Source: Podarcis gaigeae
Taxonomy: Eukaryota
Assembly: GCA_964106915.2 (NCBI GenBank)
Contig: OZ066921.1
Strand: one strand, 5' to 3'
DNA length: 64,000 nucleotides
The position numbers and the translations under genes are program-made. Positions 23,391 through 36,123 of the stretch are shown here, piece by piece; positions within the stretch are counted from its first letter, which is position 1, and every line of letters begins with the position of its first letter. A model generated the notes under the pieces. It was not told the origin of the DNA. It did not search any database and worked only from the letters and a program-made list of their open reading frames with translations.

Positions 23391-25934
23391 AAAAGGAAGT
23401 GGCAGCAATCACAGGGGACACAGCTGGCACAAGAGAACTGCCTGCTGGTCCGAGCTGGGAGGTCTGCCCTAATATTGGGAATGAAAGCCAAACACAAGCT
23501 GAGTGCTGGTGCAGCAGTTGCAAACCACCATTCTGTTCCTTGGGTGGCTGCACTCACAGCTCACATCTGGAGGTAGTGGGCCTGCACGTGGTTGCGTGGA
23601 AATATATTTCAGCCCCCAATCAGCTGAGTGTGTTAATGCTAAGGCTGTCTTAACATGAGAAGCCAAGGGTGCTCTGTAAACAGAGCAGCGTGGAAGCAAA
23701 TACCCAGAGAATAAATTCTTACCTCAAACGAAAACATTTGCACTAGAGGAGCGCAGTACTAATTAGCAGGCTCTTAATTAAATAGCCTTTTTGATTTGCA
23801 TCCAAATTACAACTTGTATGTTACGTCTTGGCTTTGATTAGCTGTTGTCACCGTCTTCTTCTTCTTAAAATAGTATTGAAATGCTCCACTTTGCGCAAAT
23901 GCAAACTCCACTTGGTCTCGGAGGTCTCCAGCACCAGGAGGTGAAAAGGTCAATCACCTCCGTATCCATTTAAAATCCATTATGGCCTGCCTGCTGCAGC
24001 TTATCAAGCAACTCTCTCTCTCTCTCTTTATTTTTCTAGCCACTGATTCAGGAATCTATAGCTCTGTGCAGGTAAATGGGATTTCATGGGCTTCTAACCT
24101 TTCTTACTTTATTGAAAAGCAGAATATTAACTGCTCCACTGACCAGCCTGTCCATTAAAGACACACAGGATATTTTTAGAAAATTGTTTGCCAATCAAAT
24201 CCCCTCCAACGTCTGTGGAGAGCCTTTCAGCTTAGTGTTCGTTCTATGTGCAAACAGTACAGCTGTGCCGCTGCCCCTCCCGTCCCCCCTTTAAATGGGT
24301 TTTGCCATGCTGGCCTCTGTATTATGTAAGTCCTTTTCACAAGGAGGGTGACTTCAAGGAACCTGGACAGGCTAGAAGCCTCATGGAAGGGGACAGAGGA
24401 AAGCCCTAGATTGACCAGATGCAACTGAGATGCTGTGACCATTGGCAACCTTATAGGAGGCATAGAATAGAGGGGTGTTCTTCAAGGGGATGCTGTCATC
24501 TTGCAGTCCCCAGCCAAGAAGACCAGGGCCTGGTCCACACGTGCAGGAGACTGAGAGCAGAGAGCACCATATCAGGCTGTGGGTGGAAGCTCTTGTCTGC
24601 AAATGGGCAGGGTCACATCTCAGTGGCAGAGCACCTGCTCTGCATGCAGAAAGCCCTGGAAAATAAGGGAGCATTGGGGAAAGGTTTTCCCCTCTTTTCT
24701 CTTCCTGCTGCACTAGTATTCTATTTGCTTAGTGTTTGGGGTTTATTTTGTCTTGTACCTAGGGGAGCATTCAAAAATGCAATTCTCTGCCTGCCCTCTA
24801 AATGGGTCCAGTGCATTCTGCCACCTTGGTCCCAATTTCTCCTCTTGCTGCATGCAGACCCATTCTTGGTTTCTTGGCATGCCAGTTGCCCACCTATGAT
24901 CTTTTATTTATTTATTTATTCAACTTTTTCCCTCCTCACCCCAAGCTTCTCCTTCTGATTCTCCTTCCTTCCCCGGTTACCTAAAACATCAGTTTCAGGC
25001 AACTAGTGGTGGGACGGTGTAGATGTATGAGAGGCTGTTTCTAGGTGACCATGTGTTCTCTCTTCCTGCTTCTAGGCTCTCCACAATGAGGGGAGGTTTT
25101 GCATCTGCAGCTCCCCCCCCCCCCCCCCCGCTAGGCAGAAATGTGGTCTGTTACCTACAGGAGGAGAAATAAGAACATACTTGGTGACTGGTATTCAAAG
25201 AGACACTTCTAGGGCCCATGTGTATTGAGCTGGCATCTCATTTGCTGATCTTGTGCCATATTTATTTAAAAGTATCCTACTGACCCATTGACAGCTCCTT
25301 TAGTGGGAAGATGCACTCATTATAGCATTAATGCAAAGAAAGGGTATGCTGTGGTTGGCAGTATGATATGTCCTGGGTGATAGTTTGGGACAGTGCATTA
25401 GTACAGGATTTGCTCTAGAACTGTCATCAGCTGCTGGAGTGCAGCAGTTTTGACTATTTCAACCTGACCTGCCTATTGTGGAATCTGGAGTGGGGCCAGC
25501 AATATGTGTTGTCTACCTTTTGATTATGATTCTGCACTTTACACTGGGAGATTGAGGGATGGTTTCACCCTTTGCATGGTGGAGAAGTTTGCCATGTGTA
25601 CACTAATTAAAGTAAGGAGACGGTGTACCTGGAAGCCATAGTGGTTGGGAAGCAGGAGCAAGCAAGCTGTCCTGGGGATAGATATTATTGAATGCCTTCA
25701 ATAAGTGGGTCAAGGCACATGGTTGTGGGGAAAGCATGTCTTGAGGGTTGTGTGTCACTGGCTGGGGATGGTGGTGAGCAGGTCCTTCCTAACCACACAT
25801 GTGCCAGTCAGTTGAGCATGAAAAACAAATTGCATTTTCCAAGCCTTTTTGGGCCCATTTTTCTTGTGTGACATTGAACTCCTAGGAAACCAATTACTGG
25901 CCTTTTGGTTCTAAAGGCTTGTGAGGCAGCAACC

Positions 25935-26050
25935 TTGCAAAAGGTCTGAGTCTGGTCCCTGCCTGGATGGGAGACCACCTGGGGTGCCTATGTATGCTAT
26001 TCTCAAGCTTTTCCAGGTAGAGGAAAGGGGTGATACAAATGCAATGACAA
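25935..26050 (+). mobile_element. 5S rRNA-derived SINE fragment
   Basis: ctggatgggagaccacctggg resembles the 5S internal control region (ttggatgggagaccgcctggg), followed by an L2-type tail; not a 5S gene. Confidence 0.5.
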
Positions 26051-26384
26051 TTAGGAAGCTTTTCCTGTCCTCAATAGAGCCTGGCAACCAGCCTGAGAAG
26101 GCGTGTGAGTGTGGAGAGGAGATTCTGGTAATGAATCAGCACTGGGGAAACATGATTTCACTGAGCCACTTTGAAATCCATTGGAATTAACATAGCAACA
26201 TTTGACAACCCTATGAATCTGGGGCCCTGTATTCATTTGTTTCCACGTTTTTCTGTTAAATCACTAGGACTTGAAAGTTTCTTTCTGAATGTAAACTGAT
26301 GAGAATTCAAGATCCCTGGCCACCTACAGCTCATGTGCTTTTGTTGTTGATCTTTAGTGAATGGCGTTCCTCTTTCTCTTGCAG

Positions 26385-26506
26385 GGCATTGATTTCTGCC
26401 CTGGCCAAAATGTTTCTGGAGTAACGACCCATGACCAAGAGGAGCACTCCAAACTTCCCCTTCTTTTTCACTTGGGAAAGGACCCTGGGGAAAAGTATCC
26501 AATAAG
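26385..26506 (+). CDS. GALNS: GALNS exon 12
   Basis: cttgcag|GGC ATT ... ATA AG|gtaagg; 122 nt; [40 protein letters not shown](S). Confidence 0.97.
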
Positions 26507-29500
26507 GTAAGGCAGGCATGTGATCGGAAACACAAGTAGTGTTCTTGAGGTGAACATCAGCCTCACAAGAGAGCGAGGTAAAGTGCTCAAGCACAGCATC
26601 CCTTTTAACTGCCTTGTCCTTTCTCTGTGAGAAAGAATGCAAGCTTTTGAGCATCACAGAATTGTTCAGCAGCAGCATACAAAGCCAGGCTGACCAGGAC
26701 CTGCCATACCATGAGGCAGAGGAAGGCGGGTGCTGGGATGCAGGGAGCCGCAGCAAGGGGCTGGGGCTTTTGTGTACCACGCACTGCCTGCTGTGTGGTA
26801 GACCATGGTGTCCCACTGCCAGTGCTGATCTAAAATTTGGCTGCCAGCCGGGTCTGCTTCTGGACTTGGAAAGCGGGGGATGAGGGTGGCATCTTATCTT
26901 TTGCCTCAGGCAGCAAAATGTCTTGGGCTGGTCCTGAAGCTGACAGACAGCATCTATGCTTTTAATAACAAGGCTTCTGGGAAGCTCAGAATGAAAGTGT
27001 GAAAGAAGCAAGTTGGATCAAAATGCATTATCCTGACAGCACTGCAGCTGTACAGCTCTCTGACAAGCAGGTAAAATGAACTAAAACCAACAGAACTGGA
27101 TTTTTAATGGCTGCAGACAAAGACAGCTCTCCTGTGGGGTGAAATGTAAGGGAGCTGTCTCAGGTGGTAGATTCTGAATGCCATTAAGTAGAAAGCGAGG
27201 GCATATCTGACCTGTGGAACAACGCCTCCCCTCCAGTTGGTTCTTCTTTGCAAGTCCCCTCAACCTTAATTAGAGCCGTGCAAGAGGTCTTGACCTCCTT
27301 CCAGCCAAGTGGCCCCAGACTTCCATGCTGCAAGCTGGTTTCAAGACCCTGAGGAGACAGGGAGGGGATCTGCAGTTTTAGGGGATGCGGGCGGGAGGCT
27401 CTTTGCAGAGAAGGCCCCTGAAAGCAACATGCTTGGAGTTATAATGGTGCTCTGAATGCTCCCCCCCACCCTCCTGCTTTCAGCCCCGAGGGTGTTTTTG
27501 ATGAAGAGTATAATCACGAACTGTCTCCTTGGTAGCAATCATCTTAATGTCAGAGCTGGGAGCCCTCTTGGTGGCGAAGGGGAAGGGTTGTAGCTCAGCA
27601 GCAGATGATGCAGTATGCAAGCCCCAGGTCCCCAGTTCAGTCCTTGCATCTCCAGGATCAGGCCATAGGTGATGGGAAAGACTCTGCCTGCCTGACACCC
27701 TGGAGAGTCACTGTCAGTCAGAGCAGATGATATGTAGACCAGGCAGAGAAATATTCTGGACTGGGAAAAGGCAGCTTTCCATGTTCCTAAGGAACTTGGC
27801 ATGTTTGTGTAGCCAGAAGCTATTCAAGATAGGTTTCACTTATCCCTAAAATTAAATCCATGCTCCATTAAAGGGGTTAAGATATCCTACCGCCTGCCTT
27901 TTGCCCTCACCTGAGGCCACTGAAAGGCAGGGTGTGAACTGAGAGTCTGTGGCAGCTGTTTGGTAAGCATATTTCCATGCCTGCCTCTTCCCTATGAATT
28001 GGCAGGTGAGCCTGGGATTCTAGCAGCCACCAGGCGTAGCTGCAGAGAGGTACATGAGGTTGCATTGGCAGTGGAGCAAAAGAGCCTTGGCGGATCAGTT
28101 GGAAAGGTTGGGCAGGTTTTCTCACGAGGAGCCGGAGTGTACCATCTGCTTTCCCTGAAACAAATCCTGTTTACAAAATGGAGCGTTAAGGAGAGAGGAA
28201 ACGGGCGTTGTTGGCTCCACCTGCACCAAAGTGGCTTTTACAGCAAGGTGCTCTTGGAACTGACAGGGCTGCAATTACCCATCCCTTCTAAATAGCAGAG
28301 CACTTGCGCTCACTCCATTACTGTCCTGGCAGAACCACGTGACTGCGCTGCCCACTAAGTGTTCTCTGCTGGGGAGGAAAGGAAAAAGAGATGCTGGTCC
28401 TATCCTTGGAGTGAATAAGATCTTCCTGCTTTTCAGCCCTAATGAATTCTTTTTGCAGTTGACTTTTCTGGCTTGAGCGTTGCTAGTTCACATTGCACTA
28501 ACTGCAGGGGCAGGCAGTGTGGGAGTGAATCATGAGCTGGAGAAGTATAGCTGACTTATAGGTTGTAATGTGCACATAATTTGCGTAAACTCTGCATATA
28601 GAGATGCTGTCGTTGGGGGTGGGGGGGTGAAATAATTCCATCTTTGATCTCACTGTGGTTCTTATTGGAATCACCAATTCTGGCACAAACTCAAAATTAT
28701 TCATAACCTCTTTTTACCCAACTTATTAGCCAAAAAGGCTCCCAGAGCTGTTTACAAAGATTAGTAGTAAGACAACCAATCTGAAATGCATTACTTGCAA
28801 GGAAAAACTGATGAGGAGGGAGGAGGAAAAAAGGAAGGCCAGGCACCAGTTTTTCAAGTTTCAGTACTTGTAATGACCCACTGGGAAGGAAACAGGGTAG
28901 CCTGACAATATGACTTTCTCTCGCTCACCTTGAGGGTGATTTTGTTTCTCTCCTTTCCTTCTCTCATTCTCTGAAGCGTTTTGGTTGCACTAGTCAGAAA
29001 GAATGCTGTTCCCCTTTCCCAGAGAGTTGGGTGTTGGTTGTGAGCTTCCCAGAGGGGCACTGTGAGAGCAGGGTACTGGGCCAGATGGGGCTTTGGTCTG
29101 ATCCAGCAGGGCCATTCTTAAGTTCTTAACCTTAATTAAGCTTAATTAACCTTAACCTTAATTTGGATCTGCAGATTCCTCTTGACTTAAAGGCTATAGT
29201 TATATTCATAGGTGTGATTTAAGTGAAGAGAAACTTAACATTTCAGTAGGCAGCAATGTATTAATTTATATTGATAATTGTTTATGCAATACTATTTCTT
29301 TTTTTGTCAAGACCATACATAGTCCACACTAGAAGCAGAAATTGTCTACCAAGCGAACCCACATCCAAAGACAGATCATAATGTTTTGCTGCCTGAAGTG
29401 CAACCTCTGCTATGACCAATACTCTAAAATGTCTTGTTGCATCTTTTCATATACAAGTTCCTGCCTTCATCTATCCCACCACCGCCCAGTGCTCCCTAGT

Positions 29501-32500
29501 AGGGCTGCACTGAGCAACAACTTTGAATGCTACATTGAGCAACACCCTGAATCTTAGAGCTGAATATTTTATTTATTATTTATTACATTCAGATTCCCAT
29601 CTTTCTTACAGATTGGGCAGTGAAATTATGGCCAGGCCAACTGCACACAGTGAGCCTCAGGGCTGTCCGGAAAATAGAAATAGCATAGTGGCATCATAGT
29701 ATCATAACATCAGTAACATCTCAAAAAGAACTGCCTTGTAAAGAAATTCAATTTTCAAAGGCCTGCCTGAACACTATTGGGTCTTCGCAGGTCCTTGGAC
29801 CTTCGCAGGTCCAACATGCTGCTCACCACACCACACATCAGCTTTCTGAATACATCATGCCAGTCCCAGAGTCTGCATATGTAGAATTATTTCTGCAATT
29901 TCCCTCCCCCTACAAAAGGAGCAACCTGCCATGCTTGGTGCAGAAGCCCCATCATACCCCTCCTTTTATGTCCTGTTGGGCCCCCAGGCATGGCCCCAAT
30001 GTTGTCAAGTTTATCTTACCAAACCACAAGAGCTGGAAGCTTCCTTACAAAAAGAAAAAGCTATGGCTTTCGGTATGCTGAGTTCTGCACCCAGCAGCAA
30101 ATCCCAGGCGTCCCAGTCCTGCAAGTGTAACACACAGAGCTCCAGTTTACTTTTGTGCTTTGGGCTGAGGGGTTTTCCTTTCAAAATCCAAGCTACTTGG
30201 ATCCAGATTTGGGAGCTCTCTCTCCGCAGGGCATCCCCTGCCTTGTCATCTAATTGTCTCTTTGGAAAACCGCCCTTTCTGAGTTGAGCTGCATTCCATT
30301 GTTTTCATCTGCAGCCATTTCTCATCTGGCTCCCTTGCTTTCCAAACACCCGGCAAGCTATTGTCTTGATTGAATTTTATGGGGAGATTATGACACGATT
30401 ATGGCGAAATGATGTTTTAATATGCAGGGCATAATAGAAAGGCGCACATTCTCTCTCTCTCTCTAAATAAATATAATAATAAACCAAATGAAAGTTCATT
30501 TGGGAAGCTCTCTAATGTTTATATCCTCTCATATCTCCGGTCACATTGGAAGCCTTGTGGAAAGGAGGTCTCCCCTTCTTTGTGGGTAATTAAATTATCC
30601 TCATTTGCAGAGATGTTACTACTGTGGCGGGTGCATATTTTTGATTTGCCTTAATTATCCCCCTTGGCAGCCTGCCTGTTGGGAGTCCCTGTATTAGTGC
30701 TTCTCAGAGGGAGAGCAAGTGTTTTCTTGCCCAGGCATAATTTCACTCGAAAGATGGGTACCAGCAAGGGCCCTGCAAGAGGAACAAAAATGGGCTTGTC
30801 GGTGATTCTGTCCACAGAATATGGGGAGAACCTGCCTGTCTGTGGGGATGCTGTAAACCTGAGCTCACTGTATTGCACATACCATTGAACATAAGACGAT
30901 TCCCAAGCTGGATCAGGCCATAGGTCCCTCATAGTTCAGCATAGTTCATGCTCTCTCTCTTTGTAGTCTCAGGGTTCAAAGCTGTTCTCCCAGTGTCTAG
31001 GTCTTCGTGCACAGAGGAAGAGCAGTGTGCAAATGTGGTGTTGTTTTTCAAATGAGAGCCTGTCTTGGAATAAAATATAAAATGGGGAGAAAATAGGTGA
31101 GGTGATGTCTATATTATGCCAACTTGCATTGCTATGCATCTTAAGTTTTTTGGGGTGGGAAATGCTTCCTCCAGCAAAGACTCCTATGTTACCAGATCCT
31201 TCTTTGTTTTGTCTTGAGTCAGAGGGTGAGGCACACAACTCATTGCAGATGGAAAGAGCTGCACCACCTGGCTTTACAGGCATTTGGATGCAGAAAGAGA
31301 GAGAGAGTGTGCGTGTATGTACACAGATACTTAAACAAAGGAAGAGAGAAATACAAAAAAGCTATATATATATATATTTACAGCTTGGTTTCTCATCATT
31401 CAGATTCAGAAACCTCAGACAGTTCTGTGAAGCTGGAAAGGGGAGTGTAAAGGCTCAAAGATTAAGATCATCATAGCCCAGGGAGGGAGGCAATATATTA
31501 ACACCAGCTCCTTCATTCCAGCCCCAAACTGAGTTTTCACGGCAGGCCATGGCGGGGTTAACAATGGAGTGAGTTGTGTACAGATTTTGCTTGGAGTGGG
31601 AGGGCAATGAGAACAGATTGCAGAAGCACAATTACGCTAAATGAACTAAACACACGCCACACCTGTGCCTGGGACCTTGCGCCTCCAATCCATCCCTGAT
31701 TGGCTCTCTGGGGACTTCCTGGAGGTAAAGTGTCAATTAGTGTAATGACCCTGGACTCTGTCCACTCTGCTCCTTCATCCTGAGCGTGGAATAATTCTGC
31801 GTACACAGGGGGAATCTCTCCGAGCAAACTCCTCACAACACCACCTGCTCACCCTGGCGCGCTCTTCCCTCTCATTCTTCCACTGCAATTCCCATCCTCC
31901 CTTTGGCAGGCTTGAAGAGACGGAATACAAATTTAGGGCGGCCCAGGGGCAAGGCAGCCTGTCAGTTTGCTTAGACAATAGGCGTTCCAAACACCTGTAC
32001 AGGCATAGCACCACCAGCAGCATGAAAATTGCTGTGGATTCTGGTCATTCATTCCCTCATGATTCTTTTTCCTCCCTTGGATAATGCAGAGGTGGGCATG
32101 ACCAAGCAGATTTTCTTTGCAGAGCAAGGGGTATCGTACATCCCATATGCAATCTATATGTGCACCAGCCTGTTAACCAGTTCAAATAGCTGATGAGGAT
32201 AAGTGCAGGAGAAGACAAGATCTCTACAATCTGTGCTGCTGGCTCTCTGCTTTTGTGTGGCAAGATTTCCTGTGTGCACCCCAGTGAAAGAAACAGCCTC
32301 CATCACCCAGTGCTGGCTGATGCCCATGTTCCCTGCTTTTATTAAACTTGACAGCAATGTCTGGTGGGCAGCTGCAAGAAGACAGACAGGTGAGGTTAGT
32401 GCGCCATTGCCTTGCTCCATTGTGGCTTGTCTTGGTCTTGCATAGCACAGCACAGGAGTGAAAAATTGGGGAAGAGCAAAGCAGCTGCAATCTGTTCTCC

Positions 32501-32897
32501 AGGAGCCTGTAAATTTGCACAGTTCCAGGATGCCATAGTTTGGCGCATGAACCAGGCCGTTGCCTCTTTCTGTGTGTGTTAATACTGTATGATAACAATA
32601 CAATACTATAGTTCTTGCTCTACTTATTTCTCCCCATTGCCAGTTGTTGGGAATGACTTGCACTGTTCTTTCTTTGTGTGCATATAAATTTTATGTTCCC
32701 ATTACTAATTTCTTGAAATGCTTTTGCATTTGATGTCTGTTTGATGCAACAGATCAACAGGGCTACCCCTCTTAAAAAGTGGAATAGTGGGTTCAGATCA
32801 AAGCAGACCCCTGTTTTCCAGAGACTTCAGCAACCTGTTCTCACAGTGGCTAAGCAGATTCCTACAGAAAGCCTACAGGCAGGGACCTGAGCACAAC

Positions 32898-33165
32898 AGA
32901 TGACCTTAACAGATTGGAGAACTGGGCCAAAACTAACAGAATGAATTTCAGTAGGGACAATTGCAAGGTTCTGCACTTAGGCAAAAAGAACCAGCTCCAC
33001 AAATATAAAATGGGGAACACCTGGATTGCCAGTAGTACATGTGAAAAGGATCTAGGGGTCTTAGTAGACCAGAAGTTAAACGTGAGCCAACAGTATGATG
33101 CAGCAGCAAAAGAAACGAATGCTATTCTAGGCTGCATCAACAGAAGTATAGTGTCCCAATCAAGA
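32898..33165 (+). mobile_element. CR1 LINE ORF2 fragment
   Basis: DDLNRLENWAKTNRMNFSRDNCKVLHLGKKN...EKDLGVLVDQKLNVSQQYDAAAKETNAILGCINRSI, classic CR1 post-RT region. Confidence 0.92.
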
Positions 33166-33427
33166 AAATGGCTAGTAGACACTGATAGCTGTTGCCTTAA
33201 AGGCTTATCTGTATCTGGTTGGCTACTGGGAAGCAAGATCCTGGGCTAGACAGACTGCCATTGGGTCTCCTCCAGCAGTTGGTTCTTATGTTCTGTGGCA
33301 GAAGAGGTCACAAATTCTCTCTTCTCTGAGATGAAGTCTGTCATTGTTCTCAAGAATGCAATTCCTCCTTGCAACCTTCCTTCCACTTTGTTCTGAGCCG
33401 TGCTTAGATCCACCTCCAGCATTGGAC

Positions 33428-33429
<2 letters not shown>

Positions 33430-33472
<43 letters not shown>
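33430..33472. repeat. (GT)n microsatellite
   Basis: about 21 perfect units. Confidence 0.95.
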
Positions 33473-33475
<3 letters not shown>

Positions 33476-34236
33476 TCTGGAAGGCTGCCAAGAAGATATG
33501 GTATTTATAGCACTTACTGGAAACCATTGGCGTGTTCCTCGGTTTCAAATGTGATTGATTTTGGAGAAGGAAATGCTCTGGAGCCCCTGGGGCCAGTGGG
33601 CAGCTCGGACCAGGAGTAAAGGGGGTCCAGGGTTAGGCCTGAGTGGCATTGTTTCCATTTTATCTCCAAAAGCAATTTGCAGTTCTTTGTTTCCTAAGTG
33701 ACTCTTAATATGATGGACAAAATGAGATCACTGGGTATTAATCCTCCATTTAAGAAGTACTTGAAGTAATACCACAGTGAAAGGGAACGTTAAGCCACTT
33801 AAACAAATACCTGCTGAAGTTTATAATCCTGATAAGAGTAAGGGATGGGTTGTTGGGGTGGGGGAGAGTGGGAAGGGGCCTGGTTTCCTGCTCCTCCTTA
33901 ACATTCACAGGAGAGTCAGTGAAAGCCCTCTTGTGTGAAAACAATTCAAAGTGTCCAACCTTGTCTTCATCTTCTCCATCATCTCTCACCCATCTTTGGA
34001 TATATGCCTCTTCAAGTTCCCTCCATCATCTTCTGTTGCTTGCCTCTTGCATCTACATAAACCCTGCTATTAATTTTAGATTGTCTACCCGTTACATAGG
34101 TGGTCATGCCCTTGGCCTTTTGAAATTGTAGCATTGATTAACCTTCATCAGCCCAAATTGCCTCTTGCCACATGTCCTGCATATATCCATGTTAACTTCA
34201 CAACCTTTTCCACTGCATCCGTTACTTTTAATCTTT

Positions 34237-34600
34237 AGGTAAAGGTAAAGGTGCCCCTGCCTGTACGGGCCAGTCTTGACAGACTCTGGGGTTGTGCGCC
34301 CATCTCACTCAAGAGGCCAGGGGCCAGCGCTGTCCAGAGACACTTCCGGGTCACGTGGCCAGCGTGACATCGCTGCTCTGGCGAGCCAGAGCCGCACACG
34401 GAAACGCCGTTTACCTTCCCGCTGGTAAGCGGTCCCTATTTATCTACTTGCACCCGGAGGTGCTTTCGAACTGCTAGGTTGGCAGGCGCTGGGACCGAGC
34501 AGCGGGAGCGCACCCCGCCGCAGGGATTCAAACCGCCAACCTTTCGATCGGCAAGTCCTAGGCACTGAGGCTTTAACCCACAGTGCCACCTGCGTCCCAC
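34237..34600 (-). mobile_element. Sauria SINE, full length
   Basis: tRNA-like head GGGACGCAGGTGGCACTGTGGGTTAAAG and (ACCTTT)n tail on the minus strand; 14-bp TSD tacttttaatcttt (34223-34236 / 34601-34614). Confidence 0.93.
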
Positions 34601-36005
34601 TACTTTTAATCTTTGCCGTATCCAATTATTAGTTTTTCCAACTTTTTACGATATTTCTAACATTGCACGTTTCACAATCTTAGGAAGTTCTAATTCAAGT
34701 GACTTTTTGTACAGACCAAAGTCAACCAAGGTAAAGGTCTTCAGTGTGTGTTCCCGTGTGGGGCACGCACATTGCCACATGCTCAGAATTGCTCTCTCCA
34801 CCTCTCAAAGCTGCTAAAGCCATAATAAGACATCTTGCAACCCAGATCCATGCTGGATCTGGATTGGTCATAGCTTTGAACATTTAAACTACATCAGCTA
34901 TGGATGGTTGCAGTGTCCAAAACAGAAATAAAGATTTGGATCACTTGGCTCTGAGTTGTTGAAGGTGTTTTCTGTGTTAATACTTAACTTCCTATTCTGA
35001 ATTTGGGAACAAAATGGGATTGAAGACCCTAACAAGTAAGTAAGTAAAATACACTCTCAAGATAATATATTCCCTTGAACATGTCAGTGCTTTGCTCATT
35101 CGGTGGCAGTAGGGTGGCAGTGGAGGAATTCACATCTATTTAAATGGGTACCATTCTGTGAAGCATAACTTGAGTCAGTCCACTTTTGTGTTCCTGTGGC
35201 ATGGAGTCTATGTCTATTACCTTAGGAGCAGGCAGAGGGTGAGGCGGATGCTGTGATGCTCCCTGTGTATCATGGCATCTTGGGCCTGCTGAAGGCCAAT
35301 CTTCGTATTCTATGCTATTCCTAACAGTGTTTTAAGCATCCAGGTCCAGGAACCATCTGAAGGCATGGGAGCAAGTGTGGTGGGCCCTTAGGATTGAAGC
35401 CGAAGGACTGTTTTTTAAGATGTCTAGTTCTGGTAATCCCTAATTCAACCATGAGCAAATGTCAGGTTTGGGAGAACTATGTTGTTGTTTTTAAATTAGA
35501 ATCCCAGGATCCACCAACCAGAACCAGGCTCAGAAAGGTAGTTCAAGGGGCAGAGCCAGTTTTCTGCTGCACACCCCATTAGTCACTTGCTGGGATAATC
35601 TCTGTGTACAAGCTGTCTGTCTACCATCTGCCCACTCCTGCCCTAATGTGCAAACTCCATGCACCCACAGCCGTGCAACACGTGAAATTTTAATCTAGAC
35701 TGTGCTGCACCATCTCCAGAGTGAGCAGAAGTTGTCATTGATGGCTCTCCACATACGGGTTGAGTAACTCAGCACAAGCCACAGCTCCGTGATTGAGCAC
35801 CTGCTTTGCCTGCAGAAGTCCCTGGTAGATCTGGTAGCAGGTGGTGAATAGTTGCTGCCAGTCAGAGTTGACGATGCTGGGCTAAATAGTCAAAGAAGTC
35901 TAATGTGGTATAACACAGCAATCTCCCATCCACCACACCAGGTATGCCAGCATTCCTTGTGTTTACATCTCTGTCATGCCTGATCTCCTTTTTCTGCTTT
36001 TCCAG

Positions 36006-36123
36006 TTTTTCAAGTGCTGAATACCAAAGTGTTATAGAAAGAATCTCCCCCATCGTTGAGCAGCACAAGAAGACATTGCTACCTGGGCAGCCTCAGCTGA
36101 ACGTCTGTGACAAGGCGGTCATG
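36006..36123 (+). CDS. GALNS: GALNS exon 13
   Basis: ttccag|T TTT TCA ... GTC ATG|gtaagg; 118 nt; [39 protein letters not shown]. Confidence 0.96.

Noticed and set aside
25935-26050. Possible 5S rRNA gene, and tRNA-like A/B boxes in SINE heads
   Set aside because: Partial, degenerate and fused to retroposon tails; not functional RNA genes
26331-27011. 226-aa minus-strand ORF over GALNS exon 12
   Set aside because: Antisense to a real exon, non-ATG start, no domain
29132-29149. Perfect 18-bp palindrome TTAATTAAGCTTAATTAA
   Set aside because: Part of a slipped (CTTAA)n tail of a CR1-like remnant; no sign of function
7647-34600. Sauria SINE pair as a driver of GALNS circular RNA
   Set aside because: Both copies have the same orientation, so they cannot pair in the pre-mRNA
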